A DNA stretch of 63,122 bases, the filler included, from Bigelowiella natans CCMP2755 (Eukaryota; Protista; Cercozoa): assembly GCA_000320545.1 (NCBI GenBank). It is 8 parts of 8 records of this genome, joined end to end, with 100 filler letters (N's around TTAATTAATTAA, not from the genome) between each part and the next. Parts side by side here need not be neighbours in the genome. Positions count along the whole stretch, not along the records: positions 19,008 to 31,700 come from ADNK01000937.1; positions 31,801 to 39,224 come from ADNK01002062.1; 6 more parts are not named here. One strand, written 5' to 3'. Below are positions 23,864 through 36,496 of the stretch, one piece after another. Positions within the stretch are counted from its first letter, which is position 1. The number at the start of each line of letters is the position of its first letter. Position numbers and translations under genes: made by a program. A model generated the notes under the pieces. It searched no databases and was not told the origin of the DNA. It saw only the letters and a program-made list of their open reading frames with translations.

Positions 23864-24956
23864 AGAGTCCTGATGGTGTTCCCACTTTAATTCGCCTGTT
23901 CATTTTGATGTAGACGGAGCCGAGGTTCTACAAAGACATGCAGTACATCGAGATCACGAAGAAGTACTTCGAGTCGCTGCTGAGACAAACGAAGGTGGTA
24001 GCCGCATCGTGCCGCTAGTTTGGGCACAACGTCGAGTATGTATGCTGCAGCACGCCGCTACCCGCGCCACGAGACCAAAGATTACTGGCTGATTTCAGCA
24101 GATGGCCTTTGTTGTCGTGCACGTCGTGCAGTCAAGGCATTGGCGAGGGCTACTGCCAACATCTTACACCGCTATTCGTTGCGCGCGGACGTTTCTCCTT
24201 TCCTCTACTGCTTCTTCCGGGCAGAGCGCTATTAATGGACATTACCCCCGCTACCCTATTCCCCCCCCCCCCTCCCCTTGCTCACACACCATTCTTCCTC
24301 AGGTCTACCTCCATCAGCAGCTGGAGCTGGTAAAGGGATCGAACAGCTTTGCAATCAAGCTCAAAGGGGAGTTCAGCGGGCTGGGGGAGGTGCCGTGGTA
24401 CCGCGCCCTGGACGCGACATCAAACATGGTAGCCGTGCACTCCCAGGAGATGCTCCGCTGGAAGTCGGTCACGGAGCTGATGATCGACACCATCACGTGG
24501 CTGCTGCACGGCCCCATCCGCAGCGCGGACAGGCGCAAGGACAAGTACGAAAAGCACGCCTACGAGCTCCACCAGGCGCGGCGGAACCTCGACCACGCCG
24601 CCAAGAAGAAAAACGCCGAGCGCATCCTCGCCGCGGGCAAGCTGCGCGACGCCGCTGCCGCGGAGCACAAAGAGGCCAAGGCCACGGCCAAGAAGGGCGT
24701 GCTGGACATGAACGTCGCCATCCAGCGGGGGTTCATCACCAAGCTGAAGCTGTTCGTGCAAGTGCAGGCCGACTTCCACAAGGACTGCTACTACGACATT
24801 CGGCAGTGCTGGGCGCAGGTGAACAACGCAGAGCAGCACCACTACGAGGAGGGGCCGGGGTTTCTCCCAATGGCGTTCTCTGCTTCAACGCTCAATTCTT
24901 CCGATTCCAGCCAGCGGAAAAGTAGCGAGGGCAAGCAGGCCTCTGAGCGGTCATAG
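19041..24956 (+). CDS. Rho guanine-nucleotide exchange factor, DH-PH-BAR architecture, 5' partial
   Basis: DH: NVVKEMVETERTYLKG|LEKL, KIFSNVELIYRLNK, FFKMYTPYIQNH, LASLLILPIQRIPRYELLL...LDLIKSVAVHINQSI. PH: REFFLFTDMLAYG...KNKWKSALTKC. The last exons read as a three-helix BAR domain (...KYEKHAYELHQARRNLD...FITKLKLFVQVQADFHKDC). Stop at 24956. Confidence 0.9.
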
Positions 24957-26348
24957 CGGCGTTCTTGAAGGAGCGGTTGACGAAGACTTCTTGCTGGTGC
25001 CAATGCGGCCGGGACAATTTCGTTAGTCTAGGCAGTACAGAGAGTGAATAATGAATTGGAAGAAATGCACTGACAACATGGGATTGAGGCATGATAGCAT
25101 GCAAATAAATGAGGAGGGTGGTTGGAATATGCAGCTGTGGGTCATCAAAAGAGAACCAGAGATGCACGATTACATGTTGAGGAAACCAGCAGATCTAGTA
25201 TGCATTATGTGAATTCAAACTTTAACCGATTAAACATCAATTATATGTATCACCTATTGCTTGTTTGTGAGGCGCTCTCTCTTTATTAGACAGGAAGGTA
25301 CATCTATGATGATTGCCGTTTTTTGTAACGCGAGTGCTTGCGCGAGCATGGCTTGTTCAGATAGTTTACGTATCGCATCGTAAGTAGATCCTGGTGCTTA
25401 CCAATCTAGACTGGGTGTAACTAGATGACTGAAGCGCAAAACGTGTGGGAATGTCAATCCATGCTAGCATGCATACTGCACGTACATCGAACTGGTGATG
25501 TGCTGCGTGTCTACGCGTCATTGTGGTGTTTTCTGGCACGCTTGATGAGCGTTTCCTCCAGAAACTGCATTCAATGTGCGCCAATAGTGACATTGATTGC
25601 ATACACGTATGTCTATTGTACTGCATGTTCTAGTGTCAATAACACTAGCTAGCTAGCTCTTTATTATCTTTACAAGCAGACACTAGATGACGCGCCACAG
25701 CTCACAATGCGGATTTACACGTTTAGCCTAGCTAGCTAGCTAGCATGAGCTAGTACTAGAGTGATCTTTTCAAGCATGCCATGCTAGCATAGCAATGTTT
25801 AGCTTCATCGAAACGGCATGCAATCCAGACAATTCTTTCATTAGTCATGTGTCGAGGGGACGAGCAGAGCAGTTTTTCACAACAACTGCACGCGTGCATG
25901 CATGCATGCACGCGATGCTCCCGTTGTTTACATCATGCGACCAAGGACGTGCACAAGTGGTGCAGTTCTAACGACAACAATGCTAGAATGATTAAACAAA
26001 AAAGAGCTCACATCTAGATGTGGCAGCAGCTTACGTTATCACAAGAAACTTTCATTTCCCGAACTGTTTTATTTGCAGACGACTCACTGCGATGAGCATG
26101 ATGTAGAAAGCCACACACAATGCAGTGAATGTGAATCACACGCGCGCATCGTGCCGCTTACAGCTAGATGACCATGGCCACTGTATTGATTGGGCCAGCA
26201 CACACTGTACATACCAACTAGAGTCCGTTACAATATATTTGGCTTCGACATATTCAACAAATGCTATTGCAGTTTTTGGCGGAAGCATGACTACTTCGCA
26301 ACGTTGATGCAAGGAAGGTTCGTTCGTTCATTGCAAATCACGGAAGTC

Positions 26349-27374
26349 CTAAAGATCCTTCACAGATGAAAACACTTTCCAGATAGGTTTTTCACTCTTT
26401 TCTGCTTCATACCGAGCAATTACTTGCGGATGAGACCCTACCGTCTTGCGAACCGCGTTCAGCTTGGGATATGAATTCAACAGGTCTTTTGGAATACCTG
26501 AGGATGAAATGTTCGTTCTCAACGTTATTTTCAGGAACAGCAATAGACGATACATCACACTTACCGTCAAAGAATCCACAGACCAGCATAGTTCCGTAAC
26601 AGAATATTGCGATATCTGCCATGGTAACTTTGTCGCCTAATGTAGAGCCATTCCATGTGATGACTCCGTACTTTTGGAATGAAGATTCGAAATGGCTCTT
26701 ACCAACGGCATGCCCATCCTTTCCATTTTCGGAAATGGATGCCTCAATTTTCTTGAGAATATCAGCAGCTTTGCCTGAGGTGACCACTTCTTTTCGAGCT
26801 TTTAACTTATCTTCTTTTTCCATGCCTTTACCAGTGTCGTTGACAATTTTCTGAGGTAGGACATACATGATCACGGACGACAATACTCGCACGATCCTAT
26901 GAAATGGAAATTAACCTGGAGGTCCTCCAGGATGTCAAAGATATCATCGCACAGAGCAGCCTGGTATGGATCCTCGGGATAAAGCCCCGCCAACTTACAT
27001 GCAAATCTCGTACAGGATCGAGTTTGCCTGAGCATCGATCGAAGCGTTGGTGAAGAAAGATTAGATTACATAAAGCAAGAAAGTGTTTGAATACGAACCC
27101 AATACTCTTCCCGTTTGCCAATTCGAGGAAAGGAAGCGTGCCCCACGGCGCATTTGGCTTCAATTTTGACCACTCCGAAAATTGAACATGTACGTCTTTA
27201 AATTCCTTCTTCCCGATCCACAGCGCGAGGCGGATTGGCTCACCACGGCCCGGGATCTGTCGGACACAAGAATGATGGATGAGATGGGACGAATGAAGCT
27301 TCTCATCGGCATGTTGATGCACCAAGCGTAGGGAGAGATACCTCGAAGTAAGTGAGCTTGATCTTGCCTTCCAT
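26349..27374 (-). CDS. Glutathione S-transferase, sigma-like
   Basis: MEGKIKLTYFE|IPGRGEPIRLAL...APWGTLPFLE...QTRSCTRFACKLAGLYPEDP...VG|DKVTMADIAIF...YPKLNAVRKTVGSHPQV. Confidence 0.93.
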
Positions 27375-28886
27375 TCTGCGTGTGCTTCGTTTGGGATCTA
27401 GATTGTACAAGATGCGAGATATTGTTCCGAACGTTTGAAAAGCCTGTCTTTTCCGCCTCCGACGCCTATTTCATTATGTCGCAGGTGAGTTTGCGACATT
27501 CTCTCTTTCTCATACCCGAGGATGAAAAACGCGGTCCGGAAAAGTTAATCTCGAGAATGAAAAATCTTTGTCGCCCAAACAGAACGGCTTGGATTTTTTC
27601 GATTTTCCCAGAAGAGATTTATCCCGCGATGACACGGGTGAAGAAAGAGCGAGCTCTACTGATCACAGTGGGGGGCGATGCCACCCGCCCCTTTCGTGAG
27701 CCCGCTCATTTCACTCTCAATTTGGATGCAACTGTGATTGAGTTTTCCTTTGGGTAGCGTTCCACAGTTCAATTGCACGGCTACTCACCAGGAGAGAGAG
27801 AGAGCGAGAGAGAGATAGAGAGGGGGGATTACGGGATGTCGTTGTGGGTGCGGTTCTCAGTGGAAGAAGCTAAGGAACTGACAAAGATGTGGCGTTGAGA
27901 TTCTAAGCAAATGCCCAAAAAGAAACGTACGCCGAGCTTCTCACTTGGGCTAAACTGATGCTAAGCTGCGAGCCGTTTTCATCGTGGATCTCGATGAGCG
28001 AATCATGTGTTGTTGTCGGGAACATTATTATCCTGCAACTTATGAACTGCGCTTACGATCTTTTTATGGCGGTAACCACGGGGAACACTTTCAGGAAATT
28101 CATAGCCTACCTTGCAACCTTCAAACGCATACGCAGTGTGACTTTTTGAAAAAGGCTATCGAGATAAATGAATGCAACTATAAAGCCCATGCCACTTCCA
28201 AAGAAACAGTTTTGTTGGACGCGACGCAAGATTACTGAAATCCGATTACTAAAACTCAAAAGGGACGGGCCAGTAAGAGTCGGTCGCGAAGATAGCAAGA
28301 GGAACAAGCGAGAGCAAAGCGCAATGAATCTAACTCTAATATGGTGGACGGAAGGAGGACAAGTTAGTCATCCGCGAAACGACAACTAGTTGACATCTGA
28401 ACAGCTAGCAAATGTGCTGAAACTGAACGCTCACATCCACGTTGAGCTAATCAGGATTAACTGCGTATTCAGCCTATCGTTACGCATCACTTATGCCATT
28501 AGCTGGTGTTGTTATGATTAGCTGCGCTGTTGTGGATTGCATGTGGACAATCTTGATTCCCACCATTCAGAACATATTGATCTTCACGCAAGAGCAATCG
28601 CTCATATGCATTTGAACATACGTGCATCATTTTTTTGCATCCAAGTAGCAAACACTTTGCTGGACATGCTAGTATGCCTAGATTTCCAAATGAAATGTAT
28701 TTGCGCAACGATGAATTTCATCTATTTGAGTTTTGAATTTTGTTAACAATATAAGAAGCCGCTTCTTATACTGGGATATCGTTTTATTAAGAGGAACACA
28801 GCTAATGGCACATGGGAGCAATCACCGCGCAAAATCCCATGCGACACCCGCGTACTTCCACTGCGGGCATCATCTAGTTTCCGTCT

Positions 28887-30024
28887 TCATCTGTTACCAT
28901 TATTGGTATCGTTTGTGATGTGATTCTCGTTGATAGCCGCAGTGCTTGTCCCATCATCCTCACATTCTTTTCCCCGGTCTAAATCAGCATTCTCCTTAAT
29001 ATTTAGCGAGTTATCGTCATCATTATTCCCATCCCCACCAATGGCAGCTGCAGATCCCGTTGGATTTCGGCCGCTGCTACTACTGCTCCCACCTCCTTGC
29101 TCCTTCGCGTTTTGGCTGAGCGACATCGTGGCGGCCACGACTGCAATGTCGTCCGATTTTCCTGAGAGAGGAGGGGGGTGGGGGAAGTAGCCATCATCAA
29201 GTGTATCACGATTTGATCACAAGTCAACGATGACATAGAAATATGAACGAATTCTAGCCCGGAAATCATCGGGGGATATTTTTGAAAGCAAGCAGAAGTG
29301 TTGCCCAGTACTCACGTACCTCCTGGGACAATAAAGCCTTCGTGTTCTGCTTTCGCCTGGATGAGGAGAATAACAATAATCATCGATGTACGCGGAGTCA
29401 GTCAGGCGAAGCATCAGCAGCAGGTTTTGATGTTTTTAGTGAGAGAAAGCAGAGGTGATTTGAGTTTATTGTGATTATTGTGACGACGGCTAAAGGCCAC
29501 CCATCACATGCATGCTGCGCTTGTGCACTTCCGAAACTCAATTCTGGCATCTTTAAATGGATAGTAGCTAAAGCGTTCTCACCGCAAAGGGAGTCCTCAC
29601 ATTTGGCATCTGCGACACCTCCAATGCCAGATTCCTGGGGGGGTGCACGGGGGGGGGGTGGATTTCGATCAGTTTCTTATAACTAAACACACAAGCAAAT
29701 CATCCGATTACTTTATCGCCTCTGCTAGTGCCGTTGTGTTCTTTGAAAACTGCGGGGACCTCTGCCACTCCCTCGTTATCTATGATTTAGCAACAACGAT
29801 ACATGCGCTCAGAGGGAGGGGAGCGGAGGGGGGGGGAGGGCGTGACGGTGGAAACGACAACAGCTGATTTGTGATGAGACGTCCTGACACAGAGTGGAAA
29901 CGCACCTTTTCTATATCCTGCGGCCATAGATTATCGAGAATGCTAATTGGATGGTAATAGAACAAAAGTAACATCATCTAAATTACTGGAAGGGAAAGCA
30001 AGAGGATGGACTCTTTGCTATGGG

Positions 30025-30071
<47 letters not shown>

Positions 30072-30230
30072 TGCGAGTAGATGTTGCATGTTCTGTGCTG
30101 CGAAGTGCTCGAAGAGGGAGAGAGTAGTATACTACCCATCAGTCATCAACAGGATCACGTCGCCCTCCTCGATCTGTGGGGATTATATATAACAACGAAA
30201 TCAAAACATGCCTACAATAACGAGGAATAT

Positions 30231-30315
<85 letters not shown>

Positions 30316-30946
30316 TGTGGATCTTCCTCCTCCTCCTTCTCACTTGGTGCGAATCCGACTTAGCATCCTTCGGATAATCGCACTATTGACACAATTACGC
30401 AGCGACAGCAGCAGTAGCAAGCAGCAACAACACACAAATGGTGGGGGAACATGAGAGAGGGCGAGTAGAGAACCAGGAGGAGGAGGAGGAGAAGAAGAAA
30501 GAGAGAGAGACTGTCAGGGAAAAAAACACAAGATGAAACGATAGCGACAATTCTCTCTATTGGGGTCGTGCTGCGTGTTGCCGTGGGCCGAAAAATCTCC
30601 GATGTTTTCCCGTGCCGTCGGCCAACTTTAGTTTTGGGAATATATCAACAGGCTCTTCTCATGTGAAAGCTTACCATGACAGGCTGCGAAGATTGGACCT
30701 GACGAATGAAAGAACACGCACATACAGAGATTATATGTTGCCAGCTAAGAAGCGTGATTTTCATCACAACCTCCATCATCATCATCCTCATCATCCTCAC
30801 CATCACCGCCACCATCATCACGTAGGAAAGAATATGTCGGATAAGGAGAAGACGGAGGCGAGCAGGAAGCAAGAAAATAATAAAACTTTTGCGTTGTTGT
30901 GTTAGTGTAATTTGCCTCTCCCCCCCTCCAAAAATAAATAAACAAA

Positions 30947-30990
<44 letters not shown>

Positions 30991-31447
30991 GTGTGTGCAT
31001 GTGTGTATGATACCCTAGTAAATGCGACAATAAGTCGATCGCTCAGCTGGTAAGGATGATTGAATGCGTGCTGCAAGTGGGAAAGAAAGGCGAAAATCGG
31101 CATTGAATGAATACCACTGCGACATCAATCAGACGATAACTTCGGTAGAACAACAAAACGACGAGGACAACGAGCATGAGGGGGGGGAGGAGGAGAGGAT
31201 TGAGGATGATGCAATGCTCGTTGTTTCATTGATAAAATGTCGTAATCATCAACGACACTAGAACGGTTCATTTAACCCCCCCGCACCTCTCACCGCGTGC
31301 GAAACGCAAGATACTCACACAGCGCAAAGGTGAGATAGTAGAGACGACGCTAAAGCACCTCTTGGATCGGGCCTTGGTGGATGATGGAACCGTTTCGCAA
31401 TACCATATAAGATGAATCACCGAGCACGCACGTGTGTACGCGTCCGC
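28887..31447 (-). CDS. PP2C-family protein phosphatase, PTC7-like, 5' partial
   Basis: Exons: VLGDSSYMVLRNG, HAFNHPYQLS, IEEGDVILLMTDG|ILDNLW, RTPFA, VPGG|KSDDIAVVAA. Confidence 0.88.
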
Positions 31448-31473
31448 CTGGAAAATAACACACAATCTCCTTG

Positions 31474-31510
<37 letters not shown>

Positions 31511-31700
31511 TGTGTGTGTGTGTGTATGTGTGTGTGCGTAGTAGTAAGGTAAGGCTTCATCTTATATGTGATTGTGAAAAAGGGTGATTCATACACCACG
31601 GCCCGACCCAAGAAGGGCGTGGGCGTCGGGCTCTCCTATCTCACCCTTCGCCGTGTGAGTATCTTGTGTGTCACACGCGGGGGAGGGGGGGGGGGGGGGG
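31275..31700. repeat. Noisy inverted (fold-back) duplication centred on a (TA)n tract at a contig end
   Basis: The reverse complement of about 31556-31690 matches about 31290-31420 with many mismatches (e.g. caagatactcacac...ggtgagatag...cttggRtcgggcc). Confidence 0.8.
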
Positions 31701-31800
31701 NNNNNNNNNNNNNNNNNNNNNNNNNNNNNNNNNNNNNNNNNNNNTTAATTAATTAANNNNNNNNNNNNNNNNNNNNNNNNNNNNNNNNNNNNNNNNNNNN
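31701..31800. other. Artificial contig spacer
   Basis: 44 N + TTAATTAATTAA + 44 N. Confidence 0.97.
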
Positions 31801-32231
31801 CAAAAAAAAAAAAAAAAAAACCGCTTTTTTTTTCGAATTTAAGGGGGGGGGGGGCGCCCCCCAGTGTGGGAGTGGAGAAAATCCCATTTTTTTCTGCCAG
31901 AATATACCCCCGGGGGGTTGTTATCGCCTAGCACAACTTCAAGGAAATTCCCCTGCCCGTAAGCGAACCCAAAGTGGGCCTTTCGAGAGGGGCTGCCGGG
32001 GATGAAAATTTTGAGGCCTTTCCCCCCCCCCCCCCCCCTCCCCCCCCCCCTCCTTCGCTGGCAAATGACCGTGCCGCAGGCATGGATCATCGGAGTTAGT
32101 TTTTCGCTTTAGAAACGGATTCTCATTCGCAGGAGAACAAGCTGCTGCTGTCGTGCTATATTTCGTTCATGAGTTCCTATGGCTATTTCAGCTGCGACTC
32201 TCCTGCTCCTACGCGTTGACTCTGCCCACAC

Positions 32232-33707
32232 CTTTGTTGGCCCTCCAGCATGGCGAAGAGGCGTAGCAATGCGGTAGTCGATCTCCGCCTTCGGTGCGAT
32301 TTGATATCAGAGTATTGTCACGAGAACGAGGTTTCATTGGTGAATTGAGTTCTGTCAGCATGCTATTGCGAGATGCCAGTATAGTATAGGCGTCTCTCTC
32401 GGCGTGAAACTTCGTTGGTTTTTTGTCAGATTTTCACCTTCTGTCCCGGCTGCCTGAACTGCATCAGCGTCGGGATCCCGCTTGCCCTGGCCTGGGAAAG
32501 TCTCGGTGTTGAATCGTGCCAGGATGATCAAGCATGGTGACGACGACAACGACGACAACGACGATGACGGCGACGACAAGAAATAATGCCTCGCTTCTAC
32601 CTGTTTGATATCTATCGAGATTGCAGCGAGGTACTCGCGAGCATCCTTCGCTGCAGTCTGAAATGAATTATACCACATTAAGGTTTCTGGTACGAGAACA
32701 AGGATCTCCAACCAGAAAAGCGCAAAAACTATCAGAATTTCAGATTTGAATTTGGACATTTCTCAGGAAAGCGGTCCGCATGGATTCTTCCCGAATTCAC
32801 TAAAACCTTGTCGTTGATAAGTTCCTGCGTTGACCTAGCAGTGAGAAATCCCCTGCGATAGATAGACGATGTTAATTTTCCCTTTCCATTTCGAGACTGT
32901 TTGCGCTTATTAAACATATCTCACGGGCAAGAATAGATGTGGGCTCGCTTGCACATGATAACTTGGGTTAAGCACTACATGTCCCTTTGACCCATATAGT
33001 CTAAGGCATTCAAATCAAGATTCTGGGAGCTTGCAGCAAGAGCAAATCAAGCAACTACCAAAGTCCCAGAGTAGCCAGTGCAGCCCTTCTCGTAAATCGA
33101 TCATACTGGAATGATGGCCAGAAAAGGTCTCAACTTAACGTGGAATTCTAATGTAGGCTCTACGGCGGCATGTCAACAAGCAAAGAGAACTTGCACCGCA
33201 CCTCATATTCAATATCCAGATCGTTCAAGTCGTAGTCCGAATCTCGTGGGACCTCCTCGCCATCCCACTGATTGTTGAGCGAGTCTTTGAATCGGTCGAC
33301 GCGATCACTCAAATCCCTTTGCAGCTTTTCCGTATCCTCTGTCTGCTGATGATGTATGCCGAAACCACAACGCGTTGACTTTGCTAATGAAATTCTACAC
33401 GAGTATATATTGATTGTGAAAAAGAGGTACGGAATGTGTACTTTTTATTGCAGTTTTGTGTAACCTGGCTTTGTATTCCCATTTTCCTCCTTCCATACAG
33501 GCTTCGTGCAGGAGTTTTTATCCTACGGATTCCTGATATAGCATTCCATTGTCGATTGAATTTTGAATATGAGCACAACTAGGTACCATGAAGGCCGAAA
33601 GCGGTAGCAGCGCCAACAGCGCGACGGGTTCTTATGGCCCTCCCTTCTGCTTGTGGTAGCAGGTAAGCACAAATGAAAAGGTATACGGGTAGATATACCG
33701 CCGCCAT
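32232..33707 (-). CDS. Putative complex-plastid-targeted protein (bipartite leader), possibly degenerate thioredoxin-fold; 3' partial
   Basis: MAAVYLPVYLFICAYLLPQAEG (signal peptide) + RAIRTRRAVGAATAFGLHG|IRRIKTPARSLYGRRKMG (basic, transit-like). Later exons TRRAALATLGLW|GFLTA and ARASGIPTLMQFRQPG. Confidence 0.55.
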
Positions 33708-34127
33708 CCTCAACAATTGATATTATAGGGAAGACGGTTCGTGATAGAACGAACGAAGGGGGGGAGTCCTCGTAGAAGCAGGAGAGAATTAACAAATACT
33801 TCAAGAAAATCTGACGATATTAAAAACGCAGTGTATTTTTATCCTGCGGTAAGAATTTAGAACCAGGTTCACAGAAATTTCTCGGCGTTTTTGTTTTGGT
33901 CGGTCCAGCAGAAAGGCCTACGACAGCCGGCTTTGCTCATGACCAAAATTTGAAGGAGACTTATCCAGACGCGAATATTCAAGGAATTAAACACGAAATC
34001 AAGGGGATTTATGGAATTTATTCCAGATTTTCTCTCGTTTTACATGAAAAATGGCACCAGTACTCGAAGGTCTTCGCTTCCGCCCTTTTCACAATGGAGG
34101 AGGAATAACGCAAAGGCTCCTGCTCCG

Positions 34128-34591
34128 ATGAACTCACGACCATCTAAGAGGGAAAAATTGAACCACCCTTCCTTTGTTGCCGAAAAGACCCCGGGGTTCT
34201 ACGCCAACGAGAAGGCGGATAAGGAAAGGGAAGAAGGGATCGTAGCGAAGCAGGAACGTGTATTCCTCGAAGATGAGAGGCATGCATGGGTTCCAGGCAC
34301 TGGCTATGTGGACGGATCACATCACCCTCTCATCTACGTTAAATCACCAGGAAAGAGGACATCTATGGAAAGGTTGTCGTTGCCTGGAACTTTCTCCCCC
34401 CCGCCGAACGATGTGCTGATGTACTTCTTGGTGTCTACTCTACCCAGATTCATCCCTTTACCGACTGATTCAGTGGTAAGAAAACGGGCGGGCAGCTGTC
34501 CCCAAATTAGCTCAAATAACGACTTAGAGTTTCACTGCTTTCCTCTTAGCACTTTTGACCGGCGACTTCGCCTCCCTTCAACAAGGAAAAA

Positions 34592-34627
<36 letters not shown>

Positions 34628-35755
34628 AGGTGGAGGATCATGCACGTGTGGTTGGCTTCAAAGATCTGAGACTGGTAATGATTGAAGCAAATTATTTCGT
34701 GGGATTGGCTTAGTATATGGACAAACTTTGACAATTGCACGCAGGTCATCAGGAACCCGAGAGATATTGAGAAGAAGAATCTCGTGCTAGTGAAGAATGA
34801 ACGATCGAAGCGTTGGGAGGAGGCTGAAGTCCTAAAAGTCAAGGAAGACCGTGCTTATACAAAGAAAGTCGAGCTTCGCTATGGCGGTTCCAAGCTCAGC
34901 CGATGGAAGATTTACTGCCGGCGCTACTACTGCGGGTGTCCGCCATTCGAAGATGTATGTAAGGCACGAGAGAGCTCTTCCACGCAGAAAAGCGGCCTAA
35001 GTATCTGCAATGCATTGTTTCAGGTCCAATTCGGCCACCACGCAGCGTTTGTTTTCAATAGCGGGCATTTCTTGACGGTGGGCGCAAAAGTCAAAGTGAT
35101 GAGGAAGTCTCTTGACGGCCAATGGTTGTGGGAGGACGCTAGGATCTCATCTATTGACTTCGACAAGCAGCGGGCTAAGGTGAGGAGAATTGGAAACCGT
35201 AGTGGAGATACCAGCAAACTATTGCAAATCCTACACGCCTTCAGCAAGAACACCCCCCATCTGAGATTTTTGCCCCAATCTACTTGTTGCGTTCATAATG
35301 AATGTATTCTAGGTGTTGGTAGGCAGGACCGTAGTCGAGGAGGTGAAATTGAGCCCCGAGGCTCTTTGCATGGATAGAGGCCATAGGTGCTTGATTACGC
35401 ATGATGCGAATCGTTGTCGTGTAGAAAGAAGCCCTCACAATTGAGCGCATGCATAGGAAAAGACAACGCAAAACTTTTCATTTTACTGAGAAACTCGGGC
35501 GATCTGACCCGCAGACATCGGAAAGAGGGGGGGGAGGGTGTGTGTGGGGGGGCGGCATTAGAATTTAACAAACTCTGCATTTCATCAAATATTTACTACC
35601 ACATGCTATATAATGTTGTATCCTCGCAAAATGCCGATGAGCGCTCTTTTATCTACCAAACAGGCAATGCATTCTCCAATTGCTCTCGGAACGAAAGAAT
35701 GACTTCATAACTCCGGACGACTTAAAGAAGATTAGCTTCTGGCGTTGTTTGGTAG

Positions 35756-35811
<56 letters not shown>

Positions 35812-36460
35812 TTAAAGTGATGGTTTTAAGTTTGGCGGCGGCTGCTTATATCCACGAGTCTTTTTGAGCTGGTTACTTACAGACTCTTGTAAATTACTTA
35901 CAGATTCTTGCAAATTTAATTTGGCATTGGGGTCTCTTGATAATCTATCTAAATAATCACCTTCGTACAGAACTGCCAGCATGAGAACCAATGGAAGCCA
36001 GAGAGAGATTGGCTTTCGGGGAAGGAGGCGCAGAACGTGCACGTTTGCGTGCGCTGCGAGCAAGAGGGGCGGTCAAGGTGGGCTGTCTTCGTCGCCATTA
36101 CAAGGCTATGATGTGAGTAGATCCACGCCATTCCTCACTCACAACCCCCCCCCCCCCCCTCCCCTCAGGTTGATTAAGTGCAGGCTAACATCGGCAAGAA
36201 TAGACAAATTGGAAGAAGTCCTGTCCGCCATTCCTTCGTTTTACGGAGGCGTGGCTGAATTGGTCGTCGATTACCTCCTAGACCCCGGTAAGACGATGAA
36301 CCTCATAAACTATTACAGAAAAGTGATATCCTCCACGAACCCCCCCCCCCCCCCCTTCCCCCCAATTTCCTCCTTGGGCTTATTTTTTAAAAAAATCCCA
36401 GGTAGATCGACGGAGGACGTGCAGAGAAAGGTGCGATGTTTCGAGAATCCCATATTTCCC

Positions 36461-36496
<36 letters not shown>

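Noticed and set aside
24278-24925. Overlapping 215-aa plus-strand ORF and antisense ORFs
   Set aside because: Shadow frames of the GC3-rich BAR exon.
27835-28389. Possible plus-strand gene divergent from the GST
   Set aside because: Short frames with stops and no convincing splice chain or family.
31801-32050. Homopolymer-rich odd sequence at contig starts (also about 13404-13550 and 43208-43600)
   Set aside because: Looks like low-quality read ends next to poly-G/C runs and cannot be interpreted.
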